From Pyrinomonadaceae bacterium (GTDB taxonomy: Bacteria; Acidobacteriota; Blastocatellia; Pyrinomonadales; Pyrinomonadaceae): DNA of 64,000 bases. Below are positions 50,679-61,414 of the stretch, in pieces. The position numbers were made by a program, and so were the translations under genes. The stretch's first letter is position 1; each line of letters opens with the position of its first letter. Location: NCBI GenBank assembly GCA_046313635.1, contig JBKBYA010000009.1:32001-96000 (forward strand). The letters are read 5' to 3'. The notes beneath the pieces were generated by a model that was given only the letters and a program-made list of their open reading frames with translations, ran no database searches and was not told where the DNA came from.

Positions 50679-51362
50679 ATGTTGAGTCGTCTGAATTTTT
50701 GCCGGCTGTCTCGGCCGGTTGCCGCCGCGGTACTTTTGCTTGCGGCGGCGCAGCTCTCGCTTTCGCAGGCTCCGACGCCCAGGCATCCGAAGACGATCTA
50801 CCTCGACTCGAACGGCCGGCCGATCTCGAATAACGAATTCGTCGATCTGCGGCTCGCTAATCCCGCCGACAAGACCGACCCGGCGACCAAGCGGATCACG
50901 GACGACGGCGATACGGAATTTGTGATCAAGGCTCCGAGGCAGGAGGGCACGAGGGCGCCGGAGTTTGAAGTGCCGACGATCGACGGCAAGCTCTACCGCT
51001 CGAGCGATCTCAAGGGCAAGGTCGTCGTCCTCAACTTCTGGTTCATCGGCTGTCCGAACTGTCTGGGCGAGCTCGTCAATCTCAACAGCCTCAGATCAAA
51101 ATTCAAGGACGAAAGAGATGTCGTCTTTATCGCCGTCGCGCCGGATACGCCGGCCGAGATCCGTTCGTTCATCAAACAAAATCCTTTCAGCTACGAGCTC
51201 GTCGGCTCGGCGCGTTCGATCGTGGACCTTTTCAACTTTCGCGGTTTTCCGCGCAACATCGTGATCGGCCGCGACGGCCGCATCGCGTATTGGCGTTCGG
51301 TCGTGTACGCGTGGGACAAATTTGAATCGGTGATCCGAGAGGAGCTCGACAAAAAGTATTGA
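50679..51362 (+). CDS. TlpA-like thiol-disulfide oxidoreductase, exported
   Basis: Signal peptide, [16 protein letters not shown]...IG.DG.I. Confidence 0.88.
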   Translation: MLSRLNFCRLSRPVAAAVLLLAAAQLSLSQAPTPRHPKTIYLDSNGRPISNNEFVDLRLANPADKTDPATKRITDDGDTEFVIKAPRQEGTRAPEFEVPTIDGKLYRSSDLKGKVVVLNFWFIGCPNCLGELVNLNSLRSKFKDERDVVFIAVAPDTPAEIRSFIKQNPFSYELVGSARSIVDLFNFRGFPRNIVIGRDGRIAYWRSVVYAWDKFESVIREELDKKY

Positions 51363-51363
51363 T

Positions 51364-51861
51364 ATGAGCGAGAACCAACACGCGCCGCTCGTCGGCGTGA
51401 TCATGGGCAGCAAGTCGGATTGGTCGACGATGAAGGCGGCCGCGGAGACGCTCGGCGAATTTGGCGTGCCTTTTGAGGCCAGGGTCGTCTCGGCGCACCG
51501 CACGCCGGACCTTTTGTTCGACTACGCAAAGTCTGCCGAGTCGCGCGGTCTCGAGGTGATCATCGCCGGCGCGGGCGGCGCGGCGCACCTTCCGGGAATG
51601 TGCGCTTCGCAGACGGTCCTGCCCGTGCTCGGCGTGCCGGTCAAAAGCAAAGCGCTGAAAGGTCTCGACTCGCTCCTGTCGATCGTGCAGATGCCGGCCG
51701 GCATCCCGGTCGCAACGCTCGCGATCGGCGAGGCGGGCGCGCGAAACGCCGCGCTTCTGGCCGTCTCGATCCTCGCCAATTCGCGGCCCGAGCTGCGCGA
51801 GAAACTGCGCGAATTTCGCGGAAAGCAGACGCAGGAAGTATTGGAGTCGTCGCTGGATTGA
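51364..51861 (+). CDS. purE: N5-CAIR mutase
   Basis: [35 protein letters not shown]. Confidence 0.98.
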   Translation: MSENQHAPLVGVIMGSKSDWSTMKAAAETLGEFGVPFEARVVSAHRTPDLLFDYAKSAESRGLEVIIAGAGGAAHLPGMCASQTVLPVLGVPVKSKALKGLDSLLSIVQMPAGIPVATLAIGEAGARNAALLAVSILANSRPELREKLREFRGKQTQEVLESSLD

Positions 51862-51942
51862 GAAACAGGCCGAGTGAATTTACCAGCGATCGATAGCCGA
51901 GCCGAGATATTGCCTTGTTAACGAGAAATTGTCTCTGTTGAT

Positions 51943-53085
51943 GTGAATAAGCTAGTCCTTCCAAACTCGATCATCGGCGTTTTCGGCAGCGGACAGTTGG
52001 GCCGCATGTTCGCGATCGAGGCGCGCAAGATGGGGTATCGCGTGCACACCTTTTCGCCCGACAGCGATACGCCGACGGGACAGGTGGCCGACATCGAGAC
52101 GTCGGCCTCGTACGACGATCTCGACGCGGTCCGCGAGTTTGCGCGCAGTGTGGACGTGGTCACATTTGAATTTGAGAATGTCCCGTCCGCGACCGTCGAC
52201 GCCGCGGCTGAGCTGGTCGAGGTGCATCCGCGCGGCGACATTCTGCACACGACGCAGAATCGCCTTCGCGAAAAGACGTTTCTCCGCGACAACGGCTTTC
52301 CGGTCGCGCGGTTTCGCCACATCAGGCTGCTCGACGACCTGCACCGCGGCGTCGCCGAGCTCGGCACGCCGTGCGTGCTCAAGACGGCGGGCTTCGGCTA
52401 CGACGGCAAAGGCCAGGTCAAGATCGGCGCGATCGGCGAGATCGAGGCGGCCTTTGAGAGTCTCGGCGGCAGCGACGGCGTTTTGGAGGAATTTGTCGAT
52501 TTTGAAAAAGAGGTCTCGGTCGTCTGTGCACGCGCGGGCGAGGGCGGGTTTGTCCATTACGGCGTGATCGAGAACGAGCACTCCAAACACATCCTCGACG
52601 TCTCGCTCGCCCCGGCCGCCATTCCGCGAAAGATCTACGGCCAGGCGATCGAGATCGCCCGCAGCCTGACGCACAAGCTCGAGTACGTCGGCACGCTCTG
52701 CGTCGAATTCTTTTTGACCAACAGCGGCGAGCTCCTCGTCAACGAGCTCGCGCCGCGGCCGCACAACTCGGGCCACCTGACATTTGACGCGTGCGTCACG
52801 TCGCAGTTTGAGCAGCAGCTCCGCGCGGTCTGCGGCCTGCCGCTCGGCTCGACCGAATATTACAAACCCGCCGCGATGGCCAATCTGCTCGGCGATCTCT
52901 GGCAAAATGGCGAGCCGCGCTGGGACGGCGCTCTCGATGCCTCGAACGTTAAGCTGCACCTTTACGGCAAGAGCGAGCCGCGGCCTGGACGCAAGATGGG
53001 CCACATCACCTCGCTCGCCGACACGCCGGAGCTGGCCGCCGCCAACGTGCGCTCGGCGCGCGAGCGGCTGCTCGTCCGGAGCTAG
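51943..53085 (+). CDS. purK: N5-CAIR synthetase
   Basis: GSGQLGRM, TFEFEN, GYDGKGQ, NELAPRPHNSGH, RKMGH. Confidence 0.98.
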   Translation: MNKLVLPNSIIGVFGSGQLGRMFAIEARKMGYRVHTFSPDSDTPTGQVADIETSASYDDLDAVREFARSVDVVTFEFENVPSATVDAAAELVEVHPRGDILHTTQNRLREKTFLRDNGFPVARFRHIRLLDDLHRGVAELGTPCVLKTAGFGYDGKGQVKIGAIGEIEAAFESLGGSDGVLEEFVDFEKEVSVVCARAGEGGFVHYGVIENEHSKHILDVSLAPAAIPRKIYGQAIEIARSLTHKLEYVGTLCVEFFLTNSGELLVNELAPRPHNSGHLTFDACVTSQFEQQLRAVCGLPLGSTEYYKPAAMANLLGDLWQNGEPRWDGALDASNVKLHLYGKSEPRPGRKMGHITSLADTPELAAANVRSARERLLVRS

Positions 53086-53181
53086 GCATCGGCATCGCCG
53101 ACAAAATGACGCTTCCCGATCCGCCGGGGTCTGTCCTATAATCCTACGCGACCTTATCATCCCTCTTGGAGGCCCACGACC

Positions 53182-54552
53182 ATGCGACATCGCCCCTTCA
53201 TCTTTTTGGTGATCCTAAGCGCTCTTCTCTGCCTGCCCCAGCTCTCGATCGCGCAGTTGTTGCAGATCGACGAGGTCGAGGGCAAGTCGACGCCCGGTCT
53301 CAACCGTTCACGCGGGGCGAGAATGCTCAGGGAGATCAAGGACGCGCTCGAGACCTACTACTACGACAAGAATTTCAAGGGCATCGACATCGACGCCAAA
53401 TTCAAAGAGGCTGCCGAAAAGATCAAGACGCTCGAGACCAACGCGCAGATCTTCCGCGTCATCGCCGGCGTGCTGCTCGAGTTTAACGACTCGCACACGA
53501 GGTTCTTTCCGCCGGGCCGGTACAACCGCGTCGATTACGGCTTTACGATGCAGGTGATCGGGGACAAATGCTTCGTCGTCGACGTAAAGAAGGACAGCGA
53601 TGCCGAGAAGAAGGGCATTAAACTCGGCGAGCGAATTTTGAAGGTCGGTCAGTACGACGTCACGAGAGACTCGCTCTGGGTGCTGAATTACTTTATCTAC
53701 CAGCTTGAACCGATGCCCGTGCTGCCGGTGACCCTCGCGGACGAAAAAGGAGCGCAGCGAACGATCGTCGTCGAGGCGTCCATCAAGACCCGTGCACAGC
53801 GCCTGAAGGAGTTTGAGGCGCGACGCAAGGAGCCGGCCGTAAAGCCTTTCAAGTGTGCAAAGATCTCGGCTGCTTTGACGGCATGCAAGCTGTCGACATT
53901 CAGCGTCGAAAAGAAGTACATCGACCAGATGATGAAAGAGGCCTCAGCCGGCTCGAAGCTGATCCTCGACCTGCGCGGCAATCGCGGAGGATACGTCAAG
54001 ATCGAGGAGTATCTGACGGGCTTTTTCTTCGACCGCGAGGTCAAGATCGCCGACATGATATCGCGCGGCAAGACCGATACGAGGATCGCCAAGCCCGTTC
54101 GCGACCGGCGGTTCGCGGGTGACCTCGTCGTGCTCATCGACAGCAACTCGGCGTCGGCGTCCGAGGTATTTGCGAGGCTGATCCAGATCGAGAAACGGGG
54201 AAAGATCGTCGGCGACGTCAGCGCCGGCGCCGTGATGACGAGCTACGGTCTCTCGATGGCGATCGAGCGCGGGCCCGACGGATTTCAGACGATCACGCCA
54301 TACGGCCTCAACGTCACGGTCGCGGACCTCGTGATGAACGACGGCAATCGCCTCGAGAATGTCGGGGTCGTGCCGGATCATCCGGTCGGCCCGTCGCCAT
54401 TCGCGCTGGCAAAGCGTACCGATCCGGTGCTCTCATTCGCCGCCGGTCTGCTCGGTGAAAAGTTCTCGTCAGAGGATGCGGGCAAGCTCGAGTTTCTCTT
54501 CAAGCAGATCGAGGATGACGATGAGGATGTAAAGACCAATGACGAGCCGTAA
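53182..54552 (+). CDS. S41 family peptidase, exported
   Basis: Signal peptide, DSHT, ILDLRGNRGG, SASASE, GV.PD. Confidence 0.88.
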   Translation: MRHRPFIFLVILSALLCLPQLSIAQLLQIDEVEGKSTPGLNRSRGARMLREIKDALETYYYDKNFKGIDIDAKFKEAAEKIKTLETNAQIFRVIAGVLLEFNDSHTRFFPPGRYNRVDYGFTMQVIGDKCFVVDVKKDSDAEKKGIKLGERILKVGQYDVTRDSLWVLNYFIYQLEPMPVLPVTLADEKGAQRTIVVEASIKTRAQRLKEFEARRKEPAVKPFKCAKISAALTACKLSTFSVEKKYIDQMMKEASAGSKLILDLRGNRGGYVKIEEYLTGFFFDREVKIADMISRGKTDTRIAKPVRDRRFAGDLVVLIDSNSASASEVFARLIQIEKRGKIVGDVSAGAVMTSYGLSMAIERGPDGFQTITPYGLNVTVADLVMNDGNRLENVGVVPDHPVGPSPFALAKRTDPVLSFAAGLLGEKFSSEDAGKLEFLFKQIEDDDEDVKTNDEP

Positions 54553-54689
54553 GGCCGCCCGCGCGTACCGCTCGCCCTCGTTCGATCGTCAGGCCCGCCC
54601 GATAATGGGCGGGCTAAACTTTTATCGCGAACTTCCGTATCATCGAGGCGGTTCCAACCTAAACCAACTTTTTTGTGAGTCGACCCGAA

Positions 54690-57600
54690 ATGATCAAACG
54701 CACACTCGTCGTGTCGGTAGGCTATCTGCTTATCGCTGTTTCAATCGTTCTTCAAGCCAACGCCCAGACGGGTCCAAATTCACCCACGGATGCATTATCC
54801 AATCTCTCCTGGCGTTCGATCGGTCCGGCGAATATGGGCGGCCGCGTGGCGGACGTGGAGGGCGTCGCGGGCAACCCGAATATCGTCTATGTCGCAACGG
54901 GCTCGGGCGGCATCTTCAAGACGACCAACGGCGGTATGACGTGGACGCCGATCTTTGACCGGCAAAATACGATCTCGGTCGGCGACATCGCGCTCGAGCC
55001 CGGCAATCCGGACGTGATCTGGGTCGGCACCGGCGAGTCGAATACGCGAAATTCGGTCAGCTTCGGCGACGGCGTCTATCGCTCGACCGACGGCGGCAAG
55101 ACCTGGAAGCATCTCGGTCTCGCCGAAACCAACACGATCTCAAAGGTCGTCATTCACCCAAAGAACCCCGATATCGTGTACGTCGCGGCGGTCGGCCGCG
55201 TCTGGGGGCCGAACGAGGAGCGCGGCGTCTTTATGACGACAGACGGCGGCAAGACCTGGCAAAAGACGCTCTACATCGACCCGCAGCACGGCGCCTCCGA
55301 CCTCGTGATCGACCCGCAAAATCCGAACATCCTTTATGCCGGAATGTGGCGATTTGAGCGAAAGCCGTGGACGTTCACCTCCGGGTCGGACAAGGGCGGC
55401 GTGTTTCGCTCGACCGACGGCGGCCGCACGTGGAGCAAGGTCGAAAAGGGCTTGCCTAAGATGATCGGCCGCATCGGTCTCGACGTCTCACCGGCCAACC
55501 CCGACGTGGTGTACGCAATTCTCGAGGCAAAGGAAGGCACGCTCTACCGTTCGGACGACAAGGGCGAGACGTTTCGCCAGGTGCACCGCAATCAAAACAT
55601 CGTCTCGCGCGGCTTTTACTACACGACGGTCCGCGTCGACCCGACCAACGAGAACAAGGTTTACGCCGTCGCGTCGCTGCTCTTTAAGTCGCTCGACGGC
55701 GGCCGCACATTCAGCCGCATCTCGCCGGCGACGCACATCGACTTTCACGCGCTCTGGATCGACCCGCAAAACCCGAAGCGGATGTGGCAGGGCCAGGACG
55801 GCGGCGTTGCCGTCTCGTACGACGAGGGCTCGAGCTGGGAGTACGTCAACAATTTTGCGGCCGGGCAGTTTTACCAGATCTTTGCGGATAATGCCGCACC
55901 GTTTTACAACATTTCGGGCGGGCTGCAGGACAACGGCACCTGGGTCGGCCCGTCGCGCAATCGCGAGCCGTCGGGCATACACAACGACGATTGGCGGATG
56001 ATCAGTTTCGGCGACGGATTCTTTGCGGTGGCGCATCCCGACAACCCGGACCTCTTTCTCACCGAGTCGCAGGGCGGCAACGTCGTGCGGACCGATATGA
56101 AGAATCGCGAGCAGCAGCTCGTCGTTCCATTCTTCGGCGCTGGCGGCGCGGCCGAGTTTGACAAGGTGCGCTTTAACTGGAACGCGCCGCTCATCCCTTC
56201 GCCGCACGACAAGAACACGGTCTATCTGGCCGGGAGCTCGGTCTATAAGACGACCGACTTCGGCCGGACGTGGACCGCGATCAGCCAGGACCTCACGACC
56301 AACAACCGCGAGCGGCTCAAGAATGCAGGCGGGCCGATCTTTAACGAGAACACGTCTGCCGAGTATTACGGCACTGTCATCTCGCTCGCCGAGTCGCCCG
56401 TCGAGCGCGGCCAGATCTGGGCCGGCACCGACGACGGCAATGTGCAGCTCACCAACGACGGCGGCAAGACGTGGACGCTGCTGACCAAGAACTTTACCGA
56501 CCTGCCCGCCGACTCGCCCGTCTCGCACGTCGAGCCGTCGCGCACCGGGGCGAATATCGCATACGTCGCATTCGACCGGCACAAGCTCGACGATTACCGG
56601 CCATACGTTTACAAGACGACCGACGGCGGCCGCACGTTTACGAGCATCGCGGCAAACCTGCCGGCAAAGGCGTACGTTCATGTCGTCAAAGAAGACCCGA
56701 AGAATGCGAATCTGCTCTACGCCGGCACCGAGCTTGGCCTGTACGCAAGCTGGGACGGCGGCCGTTCTTGGTCCGAACTCAATCTCAAAAATCTGCCGCG
56801 CGTCGCCGTGCACGACATCATCGTCCACCCGCGCGACAACGATCTGATCCTCGGGACGCACGGCCGCAGCATCTACGTCTTTGACGACGCGACGCCGATC
56901 CAGCAGATGAATGCAGAAGTTGCGGCCTCGGACGCGTACTTGTTTGACGTGCGCCCGGCGTACCGCTTCAGCACGCGTATGACGCGGTATGGTGTCGGCG
57001 ACAAGATCTTTCGCGGACAAAATCCGCCGTCGGGAGCTCTGATCACTTACTATCTCAAGAACAGGCCCGACGACAAGACGCAGGTCAGGATGCAGGTGCT
57101 CGACGCCGGCGGCCGCGTGGTCTTTGAAAATAAGAACGTCGCAAAAGAAAAAGGTCTCAACCGCGTCACGTGGGGTCTCAGACACGAGGGAGCGCGGCTT
57201 CGCCGTCCGCCGTCCGCCGAGCAGCTCGAATTTGCCGGCCCGCCGCAGGGCCCGCAGGTCCTGCCCGGCACGTACAAGGTCAGGATATTCGCCGGCGACA
57301 AGCTCGTCGGCGAACGCACGGTCGAGGTGCGGGTCGACCCGAGTGTTCAGGTCGCCGCCGACGACCTGCGGACGCAGTACGAGATGGCGATGAAGCTCCG
57401 CGATATGGTCTCGCTGATGAATGACGGACTCCGCCAGCTCGACAGCATCAAGGCCCAGACCGACCAGATCGAGTCCGTCGCCAAGGACCGGCTCGGCGAG
57501 GTGCCGGCCGATCTGACCAAGGCGATCGCCGACTTTAGAAAGCGGACGAGCGACTTCATGGCCGAGCTGGCCGTCAGCGAAGAGGACTCTAACTGGGCGC

Positions 57601-57830
57601 CGTCGCGCTACGCCGACCAGTTGAGCGGGCTCTACTTTACGGTCTCAGGCGGCAACGCCGCGCCGACGCCGACGATGAAGGAAAACTTCGAGATGCTGCA
57701 AAGGGAGTTTCCGACGCGAATGTCGGGTCTGAACCGCTTCGTCGCGGACGAGGTGGCGAAGTTCAACCAGACGCTGCAGAAATACGGCCTCAGCGTGATC
57801 GTCCCGGGCAAGCCGGTAGAGCCGAAGTAG
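54690..57830 (+). CDS. Exported VPS10/BNR (Asp-box) repeat glycosyl hydrolase-like protein
   Basis: WRSIGPANMGGRV, many S/T.DGG.TW Asp-boxes, GGLQDNG, THGR. Confidence 0.88.
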   Translation: MIKRTLVVSVGYLLIAVSIVLQANAQTGPNSPTDALSNLSWRSIGPANMGGRVADVEGVAGNPNIVYVATGSGGIFKTTNGGMTWTPIFDRQNTISVGDIALEPGNPDVIWVGTGESNTRNSVSFGDGVYRSTDGGKTWKHLGLAETNTISKVVIHPKNPDIVYVAAVGRVWGPNEERGVFMTTDGGKTWQKTLYIDPQHGASDLVIDPQNPNILYAGMWRFERKPWTFTSGSDKGGVFRSTDGGRTWSKVEKGLPKMIGRIGLDVSPANPDVVYAILEAKEGTLYRSDDKGETFRQVHRNQNIVSRGFYYTTVRVDPTNENKVYAVASLLFKSLDGGRTFSRISPATHIDFHALWIDPQNPKRMWQGQDGGVAVSYDEGSSWEYVNNFAAGQFYQIFADNAAPFYNISGGLQDNGTWVGPSRNREPSGIHNDDWRMISFGDGFFAVAHPDNPDLFLTESQGGNVVRTDMKNREQQLVVPFFGAGGAAEFDKVRFNWNAPLIPSPHDKNTVYLAGSSVYKTTDFGRTWTAISQDLTTNNRERLKNAGGPIFNENTSAEYYGTVISLAESPVERGQIWAGTDDGNVQLTNDGGKTWTLLTKNFTDLPADSPVSHVEPSRTGANIAYVAFDRHKLDDYRPYVYKTTDGGRTFTSIAANLPAKAYVHVVKEDPKNANLLYAGTELGLYASWDGGRSWSELNLKNLPRVAVHDIIVHPRDNDLILGTHGRSIYVFDDATPIQQMNAEVAASDAYLFDVRPAYRFSTRMTRYGVGDKIFRGQNPPSGALITYYLKNRPDDKTQVRMQVLDAGGRVVFENKNVAKEKGLNRVTWGLRHEGARLRRPPSAEQLEFAGPPQGPQVLPGTYKVRIFAGDKLVGERTVEVRVDPSVQVAADDLRTQYEMAMKLRDMVSLMNDGLRQLDSIKAQTDQIESVAKDRLGEVPADLTKAIADFRKRTSDFMAELAVSEEDSNWAPSRYADQLSGLYFTVSGGNAAPTPTMKENFEMLQREFPTRMSGLNRFVADEVAKFNQTLQKYGLSVIVPGKPVEPK

Positions 57831-58115
57831 TCAGAACCGGCCCGGCGTAAGCGGGCGGGCTCTTGCTCCGCGGTAAAGAAATGCCCACGAAACACGCGAA
57901 AGGACGCGAAACTTAAGAGAAAGAAAATCCAGCCGCGGATAAACGCAGATCGCGCGGATCAGGAAGAATAAGAAGCAATATTCTTTCTTGATCCGCGCGA
58001 TCTGCGTTTATCCGCGGTTAAAATACTTAATTCATTTCGCGCCCTTTCGTGTATTTAGCGGGCAATTCCTGCCACGAGCCGAAGAACCCGCCCGTTCACG
58101 CAGGCGGTTCTGACT
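57829..58115. mobile_element. Nested palindromic non-autonomous element, copy 2
   Basis: Outer agtcagaacc...gcgggcggg / cccgcccg...ggttctgact; middle cacgaaa-cgcgaaa / tttcgcg-tttcgtg; inner perfect 29-bp inverted repeat 57933-57961 / 57989-58017. Confidence 0.8.
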
Positions 58116-58125
58116 TGGGCCGTGA

Positions 58126-58521
58126 TCAGCCGATAACGAGCTCGGCTGCGGCTCGGCCGGCCCAGACGAGCGCGAGGCCGAGCACGACCTGGACGGCGAC
58201 GTTGGCGAGAGCGTAAAGAACGAATCCGTGACGGAGCAGGCTGATCGTCTCGCTGCCGAATGTCGAGAAGGTCGTAAACCCGCCGAGCACGCCGACCAGC
58301 AGCAGCGTCCTCGTTTCTTCCGAGAACATGTCACGGGCATCGACCAGATACCCCAAGATCCCGATCGCAAAGCAGCCCGCGAGATTGACGGCCACCGTTC
58401 CGTACGGGAAGCTCAGCGTGCCGCTCATCTGCTGCACCCAGCCGCTCACCAGATACCGCGCCGCCGACCCCACAAAGCCGCCGGCCCCGACAAGCATGAT
58501 ACGCAGCCACATTTCGTTCAT
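58126..58521 (-). CDS. crcB: Fluoride efflux channel
   Basis: GG..GS.ARY, FPYGT..VN..GCF.IG, GGFTTFSTF. Confidence 0.95.
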   Translation of the reverse strand: MNEMWLRIMLVGAGGFVGSAARYLVSGWVQQMSGTLSFPYGTVAVNLAGCFAIGILGYLVDARDMFSEETRTLLLVGVLGGFTTFSTFGSETISLLRHGFVLYALANVAVQVVLGLALVWAGRAAAELVIG

Positions 58522-58602
58522 CGATGCCGATAGATGATACAACAGGCGCCGGGCGAGACGTGATTTGCCGGGCCGCCGACCCGAGGACTAAACTCAGAGT
58601 TT

Positions 58603-59091
58603 ATGGCAGAGAGCTTGGCATACTCCGTCGGCGCGGGCCGCGAAAAGATCTACGACGAGATCGTCCCTCAGATCGAGTCGCTCGTCGCCGGCGAAACTGA
58701 CGTCGTCGCAAATCTCGCGAATGTCGCGGCCGCGCTGAAGGAGGCCTTCGGATTTTTCTGGGTCGGATTTTATCTCGCAAAGGACGGCGAGCTTGTGCTC
58801 GGACCTTTTCAGGGGCCGCTCGCCTGCACGCGGATCAAATTTACGGACGGCGTCTGCGGTCATGCATTCACGACGCGACAGACCGTGGTCGTCCCTGACG
58901 TCAACGCGTTTCCGGGTCACATCGCCTGCAGCTCGGCGTCGAGGTCGGAGGTCGTCGTTCCGATCTTGAATGCAAACGGCGAGGCCTTGGGCGTGCTCGA
59001 CGTCGACAGCGACAAGCTCGACGATTTTTCTGAAATAGACGCCCGCGGCCTCGAGGCCGTCGCTCGGATAGTGAGCTCGACGCTCGCCTGA
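58603..59091 (+). CDS. GAF-domain protein, free methionine-R-sulfoxide reductase-like (MsrC)
   Basis: WVGFY, LGPFQG..AC..I...GVCG, FPGHIACS..SRSE, VLDVDS. Confidence 0.9.
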   Translation: MAESLAYSVGAGREKIYDEIVPQIESLVAGETDVVANLANVAAALKEAFGFFWVGFYLAKDGELVLGPFQGPLACTRIKFTDGVCGHAFTTRQTVVVPDVNAFPGHIACSSASRSEVVVPILNANGEALGVLDVDSDKLDDFSEIDARGLEAVARIVSSTLA

Positions 59092-59102
59092 ACTTCGCTT
59101 TT

Positions 59103-60149
59103 ATGACTGCTGTCGAATATCCGCTCTGGTCCTGGCTGCTTTTTTTCGGCGTCGTGCTCGTCGCGCTCTTTGTCGACATCGGCATCGTTAATCGCCGCTC
59201 GCACGCGCCGACGCGCAAGGAGACGATCGTCTGGAGCGTCGTCTGGGTTTCGCTCGCGCTCGCATTCAACGCCTTCGTGCTTTACCAGTTCGGCTTGGCA
59301 AAGGCAAAGCTCTTTTTGACAGGGTATCTGATCGAGCTTTCGCTGTCGGTCGACAATCTGTTCGTTTTCCTGCTCATCTTCACGTTTTTCAAAGTGCCCA
59401 AGAAGTACCAGCACCGGGTCCTCTTTTGGGGCATCATGGGAGCCCTCGTGATGAGGATGATAATGATCTTTGCGGGGGCCGAGCTGGTCGAGCGGTTTCA
59501 CTGGATCATCTATGTCTTCGGCGCGTTCCTGGTCTACACGGGTCTGAGCATGTTTCGCGACTCGGACGAGAATTTCGAGCCGCACGAGAGCGCCGTGATA
59601 AAGTTCGCGACGCGCTACATCCGCATTTCGCGGCAGTTCTCGGGCGAGAAGTTCTTTGTGGTCGAGAACGGCGTGCGTCACGGCACGCTGCTGCTGCTCG
59701 TGCTGATCACGGTCGAGTTCACCGATCTCGTGTTTGCGGTCGATTCGATCCCTGCGATATTCGGCATCACGACCGACCGCTTCATCGTCTACACGTCTAA
59801 CATCTTTGCGATCCTCGGTCTCCGGACCTTCTTTTTCCTGCTCGCCGACCTGGCCGACCGCTTCCACTATCTCAAGTACGGCCTGGCCTTCATTCTCACC
59901 TTTATCGGCGTCAAGATGCTCTTGCCCCTTTTGGCCGAAGGCGTGATAATGTTGACCGGTCGCGGCCACACATCCGGATCTGGGCTGATCCTCGAGCGTT
60001 ACCTCAATCACGAATACGAACAAGCCCTCGTCAATATCTCACTCGCGGTCGTGGTCGGCGCGATAATCGTTGCGATCGTCCTCTCTCTCATCTTTCCGGC
60101 GGCGCCATCGGAGGCGAGCGAGGATGATGTGGTCGACGCCGAGGTCTAA
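59103..60149 (+). CDS. TerC/Alx family membrane protein
   Basis: E.SLSVDNLFVF, QHRVLFWG, DLVFAVDSIPAI, SNIFAILGLR. Confidence 0.93.
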   Translation: MTAVEYPLWSWLLFFGVVLVALFVDIGIVNRRSHAPTRKETIVWSVVWVSLALAFNAFVLYQFGLAKAKLFLTGYLIELSLSVDNLFVFLLIFTFFKVPKKYQHRVLFWGIMGALVMRMIMIFAGAELVERFHWIIYVFGAFLVYTGLSMFRDSDENFEPHESAVIKFATRYIRISRQFSGEKFFVVENGVRHGTLLLLVLITVEFTDLVFAVDSIPAIFGITTDRFIVYTSNIFAILGLRTFFFLLADLADRFHYLKYGLAFILTFIGVKMLLPLLAEGVIMLTGRGHTSGSGLILERYLNHEYEQALVNISLAVVVGAIIVAIVLSLIFPAAPSEASEDDVVDAEV

Positions 60150-61384
60150 TGGGCGACAAGTTTCAAAAGTACTACATAGACTGGTGGAACATCCGCAAGA
60201 GCACGATCTATCTGATCGTCGCGGCGATCGTCCTGCCGCTCGCCGCGGGCGGCATCGTCTGGTACGCGATGCGCCATAACTGGTTCAACGCGGCGGTCGA
60301 CAACCAGGCGCCGGCAAATGCGGCCCGCATCATCTCGTTCGAGGGCGACGTCCGCGTCACGCGCGCGGCCACGCGCGAGACCATCGTCGTCACCAAGCCG
60401 TCCTTTGTCGCGGCCGGCGACACGATCCAGACGCAGGCCGACGGGCGGGCCGTGCTCCAGATGGTGGATGGCTCTATCTACACCGTCCGGCCAAACAGCA
60501 CGATCGTGGTCCGCGACAATTCGTCGTTGTTTGGCGGCACCAACGTCCGCGTCGCGCTCGACGACGGCGGCCTTAATGTCAGGACCGACCAGCAGGCCGG
60601 CAAGACCGAGAATATCGTCGAGATGGCCGAGTCCGAAAACAAGCTGCTCCCGCAGACGGACGCCACCTTTAACGCCGACGCGCAGACAAACGGCGGCGAG
60701 ATCCGCATCAGCCGCGGCGGCGTCGAAACGAGCGTCGACGGGCAGACGACGACGCTCAACGCCAACGAGTACGCGGCGATCAACGCCGGCAAGCTGACCG
60801 CCCGCGAGCGCCTGCAGGCGCCGCCGCAGCAGAGCGCTCCGGCAAATTACGCGCAGATCGTCGACACGACCGGCGCCGGGGCCAACGTCAACCTCAGTTG
60901 GCAGGACATCGGCGGCGAGGCGGCGGGCTTCTACCTGCAGGTCTCGCGATCGCCGTACTTTGCTTCGGACTCGATACTCGTCGATCGGGCCGAGCTCTCC
61001 GCGCGCGAATTTCGCGTCGGCGGTCTCTCGCCCGGCACGTACTATTGGCGACTGCGGTCCACCGCCCGGTCGGGCCAGAAGACCGATTGGAGCGAGCCGT
61101 GGAAATTCACTATCCTGAGAAGCGAAGGCGGGCGCTCGATCGACGTCACCGAATGGCGCGTCGAGAATGTCGGCGGCAGCGTCTATCTCGTCACCGGGCG
61201 GACGCAGCCGGGACTCGCCGTCCGCTCGCAGGGACGAGAGGTCTTTGCGGCCTCAGACGGGTCTTTCAGGCTGCAGATATCGAGCACGTCGGCCGTCGCG
61301 CCGATCGAGCTCGGTGACGACAGGGGCAATCGCGCAGGATTTATCCTTTCGCTGCGGACGGGCTCGGTAACCCGCAGGTTCTAG
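60149..61384 (+). CDS. Membrane-anchored FecR-domain protein with FN3-like C-terminus
   Basis: N-terminal TM helix, GDTIQT..DGRA.L...DGS...V.PNS, LSPGTYYWR...WSEPW. Confidence 0.75.
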   Translation: MGDKFQKYYIDWWNIRKSTIYLIVAAIVLPLAAGGIVWYAMRHNWFNAAVDNQAPANAARIISFEGDVRVTRAATRETIVVTKPSFVAAGDTIQTQADGRAVLQMVDGSIYTVRPNSTIVVRDNSSLFGGTNVRVALDDGGLNVRTDQQAGKTENIVEMAESENKLLPQTDATFNADAQTNGGEIRISRGGVETSVDGQTTTLNANEYAAINAGKLTARERLQAPPQQSAPANYAQIVDTTGAGANVNLSWQDIGGEAAGFYLQVSRSPYFASDSILVDRAELSAREFRVGGLSPGTYYWRLRSTARSGQKTDWSEPWKFTILRSEGGRSIDVTEWRVENVGGSVYLVTGRTQPGLAVRSQGREVFAASDGSFRLQISSTSAVAPIELGDDRGNRAGFILSLRTGSVTRRF

Positions 61385-61414
61385 CAGCCGAGACCGCCGG
61401 GAGAGACGTTCGCT

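Noticed and set aside
58522..58602. Fluoride riboswitch upstream of crcB
   Set aside because: No GGCGATGG...CGCC / GCTGATGAC consensus on the minus strand; the short spacer looks like divergent promoters only
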